From NCBI RefSeq assembly GCF_032444005.1, contig NC_091289.1, positions 4,402,001-4,466,000 of the forward strand: a stretch of DNA of 64,000 nucleotides. Reading direction: 5' to 3'. A model generated the notes under the pieces. It was not told the origin of the DNA, did no database searches, and saw only the letters and a program-made list of their open reading frames with translations. Within the stretch, counting starts at the first letter, position 1, and each line of letters begins with the position of its first letter. Below, in pieces: positions 12,160 to 24,996 of this stretch. The translations under genes and the position numbers were made by a program. The stretch comes from Ranitomeya imitator. Lineage: Eukaryota.

Positions 12160-13019
12160 TAGGATTTCTTACTAACGCGGCCGTCCTGTGATTATTTAAA
12201 GGCTCTTTCATCGCATATCGAGCCCTTGGGATTAATTCTAGCACTGGGAAAGCTGGGTGACCGCCATCACGAGGGCAGACACTCAACTATCCTGTAGCCC
12301 TGAATGGCAAATGTGCAGGTAAAATTCAGGAGTCTGGGAAAGATCTATCGATCACGGCGGCCATGTTGGTTGTCATCCAGCTTTCCCAGAGACAGATACA
12401 CAGAGTTACTAACATTAGAGAAGAGGAACTGCTCCGTAATATAGCCGCCGTATATTAGTGCGGTGTATGACACAGTGCTACATAATACGGAGCTACTGGA
12501 GCAGGAGACATTACTGAGGAGCGTAGGAACACCGCTCACTTAAAGGGGCGGCTATAGGAATCCTTCAGCCACAATGCAAACATGAAAGTCCGATCAGACA
12601 GATGGAAAACGATTGTTCTCTCTGCACCGCTAAGGGTTAATGACTCACTATAAAGGAAGGAAATGAGGTGACACAATGCGGCCGTGCCTCTGCTTCCTCC
12701 ACTGATACCTGTGTGGGATCTCCGCCGCTCAGCTCCGCCGCTCACTTATCGACCTATCGCACTTACACAAATTCGGCTGGGGGGTTTGGGGCACAGAAGA
12801 GGAAGTGAAATAGGGGGCCGCGCGACAAGTCCTCCAAGAGTACAGCAATGCATCATGGGAAGCAGCATTCCCCTGCAGCAGTCACGTATGCCCAGCTTTC
12901 CCAAGGCCCTGAACAGCAAATCAGCCGACATGTGAACACTGAAAAACCCCGGAAATAATCCATACAGGGATGTAAAAAGAAGAGCGAGTCTATGAGAGAG
13001 TGCCGCAGTGTAAAATACT

Positions 13020-14180
13020 CCCAGAGAGTGCCCCGCTATAGTGCCCCCATTAGAGAGTACCCCGCTATAGAGTGCCCCCAAAAGAGTACCCCGCTATAGT
13101 GCCCCCATTAGAGAGTGCCCCGCTATAGAGTGCCCCCATAAGAGAGTACCCGGCTATAGAGTGCCCCTATTAGAGAGTACCCAGCTATAGAGTGCCCCCA
13201 TAAGAGAGTACCACGCTATAGTGCCCCCATTAGAGTGCCCCGCTATAGAGTGCCCCCATAAGAGAGTACCCGGCTATAGAGTGCCCCTATTAGAGAGTAC
13301 CCCGCTATAGAGTGCCCCCATAAGAGAGTACCCGGCTATAGAGTGCCCCTATTAGAGAGTACCCCGCTATAGAGTGCCCCCATAAGAGAGTACCCGGCTA
13401 TAGAGTGCCCCCATAAGAGAGTACCCCGCTATAGAGTGCCCCCATAAGAGAGTACCCCGCTATAGAGTGCCCCCATAAGAGAGTACCCCGCTATAGAGTG
13501 CCCCCATAAGAGAGTACCCGGCTATAGAGTGCCCCTATTAGAGAGTACCCCGCTATAGAGTGCCCCCATAAGAGAGTACCCCGCTATAGTGCCCCCATTA
13601 GAGAGTACCCCGCTATAGAGTGCCCCCAAAAGAGAGTACCCCGCTATAGTGCCCCCATTAGAGAGTGCCCCGCTATAGAGTGCCCCCATAAGAGAGTACC
13701 CGGCTATAGAGTGCCCCTATTAGAGAGTACCCCGCTATAGAGTGCCCCCATAAGAGAGTACCCGGCTATAGAGTGCCCCTATTAGAGAGTACCCCGCTAT
13801 AGAGTGCCCCCATAAGAGAGTACCCGGCTATAGAGTGCCCCTATTAGAGAGTACCCCGCTATAGAGTGCCCCCATAAGAGAGTACCACGCTATAGTGCCC
13901 CCATTAGAGAGTGCCCCGCTATAGAGTGCCCCCATAAGAGAGTACCCGGCTATAGAGTGCCCCTATTAGAGAGTACCCCGCTATAGAGTGCCCCCATAAG
14001 AGAGTACCCGGCTATAGAGTGCCCCTATTAGAGAGTACCCCGCTATAGAGTGCCCCCATAAGAGAGTACCCGGCTATAGAGTGCCCCCATAAGAGAGTAC
14101 CCCGCTATAGAGTGCCCCCATAAGAGAGTACCCCGCTATAGAGTGCCCCCATAAGAGAGTACCCCGCTATAGAGTGCCCC
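13020..14180. repeat. Minisatellite, 31-bp unit
   Basis: GAGAGTACCCCGCTATAGAGTGCCCCCATAA repeated. Confidence 0.92.
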
Positions 14181-15635
14181 CATTACAGAGCACCCTAGTA
14201 TAGCGCCCCATTATAGAGCACCCTAGTATAGCGCCCCATTACAGAGCACCCTAGCATAGCGCCCCCATTACAGAGCACCCTAGTATAGCGCCCCATTACA
14301 GAGCACCCTACTATAGCGCCCCATTACAAAGCACCCTAGTATAGCGCCCCATTACAGAGCACCCTAGTATAGCGCCCCCATTACAGAGCACCCTAGTATA
14401 GTATAGCGCCCCATTACAGAGCACCCTAGTATAGCGCCCCCATTACAGAGCACCCTAGCATAGCGCCCCCATTACAGAGCACCCTAGTATAGCGCCCCAT
14501 TACAGAGCACCCTACTATAGCGCCCCATTACAGCGCCCCATTACAGAGCACCCTAGTATAGCGCCCCCATTACAGAGCACCCTAGTATAGTATAGCGCCC
14601 CATTACAGAGCACCCTAGTATAGCGCCCCCATTACAGAGCACCCTAGCATAGCGCCCCCATTACAGAGCACCCTAGTATAGCGCCCCATTACAGAGCACC
14701 CTAGTATAGCGCCCCCATTACAGAGCACCCTAGTATAGTATAGCGCCCCATTACAGAGCACCCTAGTATATCGCCCCATTACAGAGCACCCTAGTATAGT
14801 ATAGCGCCCCCATTACAGAGCACCCTAGTATAGCGCCCCCATTACAGAGCACACTAGCATAGCGCCCCCATTACAGAGCACCCTAGTATAGCGCCCCCAT
14901 TACAGAGCACCCTAGTATAACACCCCATTACAGAGTACCACAGTATAGCGCCCCATTACAGAGCACCCTAGCATAGCGCCCCCATTACAGAGCACCCTAG
15001 TATAGCGCCCCATTACAGAGCACCCTAGTATAGCGCCCCATTACAGAGCACCCTAGTATATCGCCCCATTACAGAGCACCCTAGTATAGTATAGCGCCCC
15101 CATTACAGAGCACCCTAGTATAGCGCCCCCATTACAGAGCACCCTAGCATAGCGCCCCCATTACAGAGCACCCTAGCATAGCGCCCCATTACAGAGCACC
15201 CTAGTATATCGCCCCATTACAGAGCACCCTAGTATAGTATAGCGCCCCCATTACAGAGCACCCTAGTATAGCGCCCCCATTACAGAGCACCCTAGCATAG
15301 CGCCCCCATTACAGAGCACCCTAGCATAGCGCCCCCATTACAGAGCACCCTAGTATAGTATACCGCCCCATTACAGAGCACCCTAGTATATCGCCCCATT
15401 ACAGAGCACCCTAGTATAGCGCCCCCATTACAGAGCACCCTAGCATAGGGCCCCCATTACAGAGCACCATAGTATAGCGCCCCCATTACAGAGCACCCTA
15501 GTATAGCGCCCCCATTACAGAGCACCCTAGTATAGTATAGCGCCCCATTACAGAACACCCTAGTATAGCGCCCCCATTACAGAGCACCCTAGTATAGCGC
15601 CCCCATTACAGAGCACCCTAGTATAGCGCCCCTAT
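14180..15635. repeat. Minisatellite, 29-30-bp unit (related to the preceding array)
   Basis: CATTACAGAGCACCCTAGTATAGCGCCCC(C) repeated. Confidence 0.92.
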
Positions 15636-16050
15636 TGGTGATGGCCACTGCCCCCACTGCGGTGTATGTAGCCTCGTATACAGGCGATGGTCCCTGGGTG
15701 AACGGTAGCAGCACACTGGGTTTCCTCCATAAGGGGAGCGTTCTCCCGCCCCAGACAATAAGGAATCTCCAAAATTACTGAGCCCCATCTACAAGCAGCT
15801 GCTATGGGGTCCTTGTGCCTCGTGGGTGCAGGTGTCGGTTCATGTGCCTCTCCTGCTTCTGGGGGGGTCTCCTGACTTTTTTAGGGTGATGTTGGCGGGA
15901 TGGCGGTGACGTGGCGATATCACCCGTGTGCGCCCATCTCCCTCACATGAACCTGGATTCTTCCACTCTCCGGTAGACGACGTTCTCCACATTCAGCCGC
16001 CGGCGCAGTCACACTTCACAGACACAAATATTTCTGAGACTTCTCCCCCT

Positions 16051-18950
16051 CCTGGCTGATAACAGGGAGTAATAGACTGTAGTCTCCTCTCCAGTAATGG
16101 CTGATAACAGGGAGTAATAGATTGTAGTCTCCTCCCCCAGTAATGGCTGATAACAGGGAGTAATAGATTGCAGTCTCCTCCCCCAGTAATGGCTGATAAC
16201 AGGGAGTAATAGATTGCAGTCTCCTCCCCCAGTAATGGCTGATAACAGGGAGTAATAGATTGTAGTCTCCTCCCCCAGTAATGGCTGATAACAGGGAGTA
16301 ATAGATTGTAGTCTCCTCCCAGTAATGGCTGATAACAGGGAGTAATAGATTGTAGTCTCCTCCCCCAGTAATGGCTGATAACAGGGAGTAATAGATTGTA
16401 GTCTCCTCCCAGTAATGGCTGATAACAGGGAGTAATAGATTGTAGTCTCCTCCCCCAGTAATGGCTGATAACAGGGAGTAATAGATTGTAGTCTCCTCCC
16501 CCAGTAATGGCTGATAACAGGGAGTAATAGACTGTAGTCTCCTCCCCAAGTAATGGCTGATAACAGGGAGTAATAGACTGTAGTCTCCTCTCCAGTAATG
16601 GCTGATAACAGGGAGTAATAGATTGTAGTCTCCTCCCCCAGTAATGGCTGATAACAGGGAGTAATAGATTGCAGTCTCCTCCCCCAGTAATGGCTGATAA
16701 CAGGGAGTAATAGATTGTAGTCTCCTCCCCCAGTAATGGCTGATAACAGGGAGTAATAGATTGGAGTCTCCTCCCCCAGTAATGGCTGATAACAGGGAGT
16801 AATAGATTGTAGTCTCCTCCCCCAGTAATGGCTGATAACAGGGAGTAATAGATTGGAGTCTCCTCCCCAAGTAATGGCTGATAACAGGGAGTAATAGATT
16901 GTAGTCTCCTCCCCAGTAATGGCTGATAACAGGGAGTAATAGATTGTAGTCTCCTCCCCCAGTAATGGCTGATAACAGGGAGTAATAGATTGTAGTCTCC
17001 TCCCCCAGTAATGGCTGATAACAGGGAGTAATAGATTGTAGTCTCCTCCCCCAGTAATGGCTGATAACAGGGAGTAATAGATTGTAGTCTCCTCCCAGTA
17101 ATGGCTGATAACAGGGAGTAATAGATTGCAGTCTCCTCCCCCAGTAATGGCTGATAACAGGGAGTAATAGATTGCAGTCTCCTCCCCCAGTAATGGCTGA
17201 TAACAGGGAGTAATAGATTGTAGTCTCCCCCAGTAATGGCTGATAACAGGGAGTAATAGATTGCAGTCTCCTCCCCCAGTAATGGCTGATAACAGGGAGT
17301 AATAGATTGTAGTCTCCTCCCAGTAATGGCTGATAACAGGGAGTAATAGATTGCAGTCTCCTCCCCCAGTAATGGCTGATAACAGGGAGTAATAGATTGC
17401 AGTCTCCTCCCCCAGTAATGGCTGATAACAGGGAGTAATAGATTGTAGTCTCCCCCAGTAATGGCTGATAACAGGGAGTAATAGATTGTAGTCTCCTCCC
17501 CAGTAATGGCTGATAACAGGAGTAATAGATTGTAGTCTCCTCCCCAGTAATGGCTGATAACAGGGAGTAATAGATTGTAGTCTCCTCCCCCAGTAATGGC
17601 TGATAACAGAGAGTAATAGATTGTAGTCTCCTCCCCAGTAATGGCTGATAACAGAGAGTAATAGATTGTAGTCTCCTCCCCAGTAATGGCTGATAACAGG
17701 GAGTAATAGATTGTAGTCTCCCCCCCAGTAATGGCTGATAACAGGGAGTAATAGATTGTAGTCTCCTCCCCAGTAATGGCTGATAACAGGGAGTAATAGA
17801 TTGTAGTCTCCTCCCCCAGTAATGGCTGATAACAGGGAGTAATAGATTGTAGTCTCCTCCCCAGTAATGGCTGATAACAGGGAGTAATAGATTGTAGTCT
17901 CCTCCCCAGTAATGGCTGATAACAGGGAGTAATAGATTGTAGTCTCCTCCCCCAGTAATGGCTGATAACAGGGAGTAATAGATTGTAGTCTCCTCCCCAG
18001 TAATGGCTGATAACAGGGAGTAATAGATTGTAGTCTCCTCCCCAGTAATGGCTGATAACAGGGAGTAATAGATTGTAGTCTCCTCCCCAGTAATGGCTGA
18101 TAACAGGGAGTAATAGATTGTAGTCTCCTCCCCAGTAATGGCTGATAACAGGGAGTAATAGATTGTAGTCTCCTCCCCAGTAATGGCTGATAACAGGGAG
18201 TAATAGATTGTAGTCTCCTCTCCAGTAATGGCTGATAACAGGGAGTAATAGATTGTAGTCTCCCCCCCAGTAATGGCTGATAACAGGGAGTAATAGATTG
18301 TAGTCTCCTCCCCAGTAATGGCTGATAACAGGGAGTAATAGATTGTAGTCTCCTCTCCAGTAATGGCTGATAACAGGGAGTAATAGATTGTAGTCTCCTC
18401 CCCAGTAATGGCTGATAACAGGGAGTAATAGATTGTAGTCTCCCCCCCAGTAATGGCTGATAACAGGGAGTAATAGATTGTAGTCTCCCCCAGTAATGGC
18501 TGATAACAGGGAGTAATAGATTGTAGTCTCCTCCCCCAGTAATGGCTGATAACAGGGAGTAATAGATTGTAGTCTCCTCCCCCAGTAATGGCTGATAACA
18601 GGGAGTAATAGATTGTAGTCTCCCCCCCAGTAATGGCTGATAACAGGGAGTAATAGATTGTAGTCTCCTCCCCCAGTAATGGCTGATAACAGGGAGTAAT
18701 AGATTGCAGTCTCCTCCCCCAGTAATGGCTGATAACAGGGAGTAATAGACTGTAGTCTCCTCCCCCAGTAATGGCTGATAACAGGGAGTAATAGATTGTA
18801 GTCTCCTCCCCAGTAATGGCTGATAACAGGGAGTAATAGATTGTAGTCTCCTCCCCCCAGTAATGGCTGATAACAGGGAGTAATAGATTGTAGTCTCCTC
18901 CCCCAGTAATGGCTGATAACAGGGAGTAATAGATTGCAGTCACCCCCCCC
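16051..18950. repeat. Minisatellite, ~45-bp unit
   Basis: TAATGGCTGATAACAGGGAGTAATAGATTGTAGTCTCCTCCCCAG with a variable C-tract. Confidence 0.93.
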
Positions 18951-19096
18951 CAGTACAGCGGTCCCCGGGCAGACGGAGCAGTCGTGCCCGCTGTTTGTGG
19001 TGCCCGGCTTTCCTAGGTCCACGCTGGGTGATCCCCCTGGCACAGATGGCTGACCACCTGAGCAGTCACTGTGGCAGTACAGGTTGTCACCCAACT

Positions 19097-19471
19097 TTCC
19101 TAGAAGCAGAAATAACATGTGGCGAGAGGTTTTCTGGCACACAGACTATGAGCCGTCATTGCTCCGCAGTGGTCCTGTGTACCTGCGGCTATAGGTCAGG
19201 TACTGTGGAGGAAGACGTAATACTGCGCGCTGCGGATCACAACCCCCACCCTCCTCCTCTGCATTTCACTGGAACTTGGCCCTTTCTAAGAAATCCTGAT
19301 TAAGCCGTGGGCGGAGCCTGAGAGCAGAGCGCAGCCAATCACAGCGCCGGCAGGTTCCTCTTCCTAAGAAGACCGAGGCTCGGAAAATCCCTCCTGATTT
19401 CCTGGGAACTGACACAAAGCCTGGAGGCCTGCAGTGATGTGACAGTGACAAAGGGGCGGAACCATTAAACC
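19097..19471. promoter_or_regulatory. Candidate distal STAT-responsive module 3' of CISH
   Basis: TTCCTAGAA 19097-19105, TTCTAAGAA 19284-19292, N4-spaced TTCCTAAGAA 19361-19370 and TTCCTGGGAA 19399-19408, plus GC boxes and CCAAT 19335-19339. Confidence 0.5.
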
Positions 19472-19944
19472 TCTATAGATACAATGTATCAACCCAAAAA
19501 CAGGATTTAACTCCTGACCTGCCGGGCTTGTGATCTGGACTTTTGTATGGAGCCCTACAGAGAAGCACCCGAAAAACTCCACAGCACAAGGAGCTCTCCC
19601 TATTGGCCCCTTGCTGATGGATGAGGGTCCAACAGCTGAGACCCTCAATGATCCCCACTGTGGGGTTCCGCAGTGCCCCCTCCAGTCAGTGCTCATGGGA
19701 TAGCGATCTGCGCGCACACGTGTGAGGACCAGGACCCTAATCCTCAGGATTGGGGGCCGAACCCTATAGTCAGACTCATTATAGCTGTATGTTCCCGTAA
19801 ACGGCAGTCTGTCCTCTCCACCTGCTGTGAAGATGAGTGCAGGCTATTGCTCCCTGTTATCAGCCAGGTGAACCAGGCTCAGATCATTCTCAGAATATGA
19901 GCAATTCTATCACCACAGGGGCGGCCCCCCGGCCCTCCTAACGT

Positions 19945-22900
19945 TTCCGAGGTCTGATCCCCCCTGTCCTCCCCTGTAGGGGGTGCGGTGACATCTGACG
20001 AGTCGGACTCTGATCCCTTCTGTGGATCTGATCCCCCCTGTCCTCCCCTGTAGGGGGGTGCGGTGACATTTGACGAGTCAGACTCTGATCCTTTCTGTGG
20101 ATATGATCCCCCCTGTCCTCCCCTGTAGGGGGTGCGGTGACATTTGACGAGTCGGACTCTGATCCCTTCTGTGGATCTGATCACCCCCTGTCCTCCCCTG
20201 TAGGGGGGTGCGGTGACATCTGACGAGTCAGACTCTGATCCCTTCTGTGGATCTGATCCCCCCCCCGTTCTCCCCTGAAGGGGGGTGCGGTGACATCTGA
20301 CGAGTCGGACTCTGATCCCTTCTGTGGATCTGATCCCCCCCTGTCCTCCCCTGTAGGGGGGTGCGGTGACATCTGACGAGTCGGACTCTGATCCCTTCTG
20401 TGGATCTGATCCCCCCCTGTCCTCCCCTGTAGGGGGTGCGGTGACATTTGACGAGTCAGACTCTGATCCCTTCTGTGGATCTGATCCCCCCCTGTCCTCC
20501 CCTGTAGGGGGTGCGGTGACATCTGACGAGTCAGACTCTGATCCCTTCTGTGGATCTGATCCCCCCTGTCCTCCCCTGTAGGGGGGTGCGGTGACATTTG
20601 ACGAGTCAGACTCTGATCCCTTCTGTGGATCTGATCCCCCCCTGTCCTCCCCTGTAGGGGGGTGCGGTGACATTTGACGAGTCAGACTCTGATCCTTTCT
20701 GTGGATCTGATCCCCCCTGTCCTCCCCTGTAGGGGGTGCGGTGACATTTGACGAGTCAGACTCTGATCCCTTCTGTGGATCTGATCCCCCCCTGTCCTCC
20801 CCTGTAGGGGGGTGCGGTGACATCTGACGAGTCAGACTCTGATCCTTTCTGTGGATCTGATCCCCCCTGTCCTCCCCTGTAGGGGGTGCGGTGACATTTG
20901 ACGAGTCGGACTCTGATCCCTTCTGTGGATCTGATCCCCCCCTGTCCTCCCCTGTAGGGGGTGCGGTGACATCTGACGAGTCAGACTCTGATCCCTTCTG
21001 TGGATCTGATCCCCCCCTGTCCTCCCCTGTAGGGGGTGCGGTGACATTTGACGAGTCAGACTCTGATCCCTTCTGTGGATCTGATCCCCCCCTGTCCTCC
21101 CCTGTAGGGGGGTGCGGTGACATTTGACGAGTCAGACTCTGATCCTTTCTGTGGATCTGATCCCCCCTGTCCTCCCCTGTAGGGGGTGCGGTGACATTTG
21201 ACGAGTCGGACTCTGATCCCTTCTGTGGATCTGATCCCCCCTGTCCTCCCCTGTAGGGGGTGCGGTGACATCTGACGAGTCGGACTCTGATCCCTTCTGT
21301 GGATCTGATCCCCCCCTGTCCTCCCCTGTAGGGGGGTGCGGTGACATCTGACGAGTCAGACTCTGATCCCTTCTGTGAATCTGATCCCCCTTGTCCTCCC
21401 CTGTAGGGGGTGCGGTGACATTTGACGAGTCAGACTCTGATCCTTTCTGTGGATCTGATCCCCCCTGTCCTCCCCTGTAGGGGGTGCGGTGACATCTGAC
21501 GAGTCAGACTCTGATCCCTTCTGTGGATCTGATCCCCCCCTGTCCTCCCCTGTAGGGGGGTGCGGTGACATCTGACGAGTCAGACTCTGATCCCTTCTGT
21601 GGATCTGATCCCCCCCTGTCCTCCCCTGTAGGGGGGGTGCGGTGACATCTGACGAGTCAGACTCTGATCCCTTCTGTGGATCTGATCCCCCCCTGTCCTT
21701 CCCTGTAGGGGGGTGCGGTGACATTTGACGAGTCGGACTCTGATCCCTTCTGTGGATCTGATCCCCCCCTGTCCTTCCCTGTAGGGGGGTGCGGTGACAT
21801 CTGATGAGTCGGACTCTGATCCCTTCTGTGGATCTGATCCCCCCTGTCCTCCCCTGTAGGGGGGTGCGGTGACATTTGACGAGTCGGACTCTGATCCCTT
21901 CTGTGGATCTGATCCCCCCCGTCCTCCCCTGTAGGGGGTGCGGTGACATTTGACGAGTCAGACTCTGATCCCTCCCTGTCCTCCCCTGTAGGGGGTGCGG
22001 TGACATTTGACGAGTCGGACTCTGATCCCTTCTGTGGATCTGATCCCCCCCGTTCTCCCCTGTAGGGGGTGCGGTGACATCTGACGAGTCAGACTCTGAT
22101 CCCTTCTGTGGATCTGATCCCCCCCCTGTCCTCCCCTGTAGGGGGGTGCGGTGACATTTGACGAGTCGGACTCTGATCCCTTCTGTGGATCTGATCCCCC
22201 CCGTTCTCCCCTGTAGGGGGGTGCGGTGACATCTGACGAGTCTGACTCTGATCCCTTCTGTGGATCTGATCCCCCCCCTGTCCTCCCCTGTAGGGGGGTG
22301 CGGTGACATTTGACGAGTCGGACTCTGATCCCTTCTGTGGATCTGATCCCCCCCTGTCCTCCCCTGTAGGGGGTGCAGTGACATCTGACGAGTCGGACTC
22401 TGATCCCTTCTGTGGATCTGATCCCCCCCGGTCCTCCCCTGTAGGGGGGTGCGGTGACATTTGACGAGTCGGACTCTGATCCCTTCTGTGGATCTGATCC
22501 CCCCCTGTCCTACCCTGTAGGGGGTGCGGTGACATTTGACGAGTCGGACTCTGATCCCTTCTGTGGATCTGATCCCCCCCTGTCCTCCCCTGTAGGGGGG
22601 TGCGGTGACATCTGACGAGTCAGACTCTGATCCCTTCTGTGGATCTGATCCCCCCCCTGTCCTCCCCTGTAGGGGGTGCGGTGACATCTGACGAGTCAGA
22701 CTCTGATCCCTTCTGTGGATCTGATCATCCCCTGTCCTCCCCTGTAGGGGGGTGCAGTGACATCTGACGAGTAAGACACTGATCCCTTCTGTGGATCTGA
22801 TCCCCCCGGTCCTCCCCTGTAGGGGGGTGCGGTGACATCTGATGAGTCGGACTCTGATCCCTTCTGTGGATCTGATCCCCCCTGTCCTCCCCTGTAGGGG

Positions 22901-24785
22901 GTGCGGTGACATTTGACGAGTCGGACTCTGATCCCTTCTGTGGATCTGATCCCCCCCTGTCCTCCCCTGTAGGGGGTGCGGTGACATTTGACGAGTCAGA
23001 CTCTGATCCCTTCTGTGGATCTGATCCCCCCTGTCCTCCCCTGTAGGGGGTGCGGTGACATTTGACGAGTCAGACTCTGATCCCTTCTGTGGATCTGATC
23101 CCCCCCTTTCTCCCCTGTAGGGGGTGCGGTGACATCTGACAAGTCAGACTCTGATCCCTTCTGTGGATCTGATCCCCCCCTGTCCTCCCCTGTAGGGGGG
23201 TGCGGTGACATCTGACGAGTCAGACTCTGATCCCTTCTGTGGATCTGATCCCCCCCTGTCCTCCCCTGTAGGGGGGTGCGGTGACATCTGACGAGTCAGA
23301 CTCTGATCCCTTCTGTGGATCTGATCCCCCCCTGTCCTTCCCTGTAGGGGGGTGCGGTGACATTTGACGAGTCGGACTCTGATCCCTTCTGTGGATCTGA
23401 TCCCCCCCTGTAGGGGGTGCGGTGACATTTGACGAGTCGGACTCTGATCCCTTCTTTGGATCTGATCCCCCGTGTCCTCCCCTGTAGGGGGTGCGGTGAC
23501 ATCTGACAAGTCTGACTCTGATCCCTTCTGTGGATCTGATCCCCCCCTGTAGGGGGTGCGGTGACATTTGACGAGTCAGACTCTGATCCCTTCTGTGGAT
23601 CTGATCCCCCCCCTGTCCTCCCCTGTAGGGGGTGCGGTGACATCTGACGAGTCAGACTCTGATCCCTTCTGTGGATCTGATCCCCCCTGTCCTCCCCTGT
23701 AGGGGGGTGCGGTGACATCTGACGAGTCAGACTCTGATCCCTTCTTTGGATCTGATCCCCCGTGTCCTCCCCTGTAGGGGGTGCGGTGACATCTGACGAG
23801 TCAGACTCTGATCCCTTCTGTGGATCTGATCCCCCCCTGTCCTCCCCTGTAGGGGGGTGCGGTGACATTTGACGAGTCGGACTCTGATCCCTTCTGTGGA
23901 TCTGATCCCCCGTGTCCTCCCCTGTAGGGGGTGCGGTGACATCTGACGAGTCAGACTCTGATCCCTTCTGTGGATCTGATCCCCCCCTGTCCTCCCCTGT
24001 AGGGGGGTGCGGTGACATCTGACGAGTCAGACTCTGATCCCTTCTTTGGATCTGATCCCCCGTGTCCTCCCCTGTAGGGGGTGCGGTGACATCTGACGAG
24101 TCAGACTCTGATCCCTTCTGTGGATCTGATCCCCCCCTGTCCTTCCCTGTAGGGGGGTGCGGTGACATTTGACGAGTCGGACTCTGATCCCTTCTGTGGA
24201 TCTGATCCCCCCCTGTAGGGGGTGCGGTGACATTTGACGAGTCGGACTCTGATCCCTTCTTTGGATCTGATCCCCCGTGTCCTCCCCTGTAGGGGGTGCG
24301 GTGACATCTGACAAGTCTGACTCTGATCCCTTCTGTGGATCTGATCCCCCCCTGTAGGGGGTGCGGTGACATTTGACGAGTCAGACTCTGATCCCTTCTG
24401 TGGATCTGATCCCCCCCCTGTCCTCCCCTGTAGGGGGTGCGGTGACATCTGACGAGTCAGACTCTGATCCCTTCTGTGGATCTGATCCCCCCTGTCCTCC
24501 CCTGTAGGGGGGTGCGGTGACATCTGACGAGTCAGACTCTGATCCCTTCTTTGGATCTGATCCCCCGTGTCCTCCCCTGTAGGGGGTGCGGTGACATCTG
24601 ACGAGTCAGACTCTGATCCCTTCTGTGGATCTGATCCCCCCTGTCCTCCCCTGTAGGGGGTGCGGTGACATTTGACGAGTCAGACTCTGATCCCTTCTGT
24701 GGATCTAATCCCCCCTGTCCTCCCCTGTAGGGGGTGCAGTGACATTTGACGAGTCGGACTCTGATCCCCCCTGTCCTCCCCTGAA
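19945..24785. repeat. Minisatellite, ~75-bp unit, ~4.8 kb
   Basis: CTGATCCCCCCTGTCCTCCCCTGTAGGGGGTGCGGTGACATCTGACGAGTCAGACTCTGATCCCTTCTGTGGAT repeated. Confidence 0.93.
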
Positions 24786-24996
24786 GGGGAATGCGGTGCT
24801 CGGTCGGGGACCTCAGCTGATTTTTTCCATCTTGACTCTTCCATGAATTATTATTTATCCATTTTCCAGAAATGCTTCGCGATCATAAACATTCCCTGGA
24901 AAGACAGAATTCTCTGCCGTCAGGAATCTACAAACAAATCCCCTCTTTTGCAGAGTCCAGGGACTGCGATTCCCTTAAGGACGCCCTGTACGGGGT

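Noticed and set aside
18960-19260. Possible spliced minus-strand coding exons (donor ~19183, acceptor ~19099)
   Set aside because: No continuous reading frame or recognisable protein could be assembled.
15993-24523. ORFs of 1049, 975, 543 and 414 aa on the minus strand
   Set aside because: They are periodic translations of the 45-bp and 75-bp arrays.
19945-24785. Hammerhead ribozyme satellite (each unit has CTGACGAG plus a hairpin)
   Set aside because: No GAAA follows stem II, so the catalytic core is incomplete.
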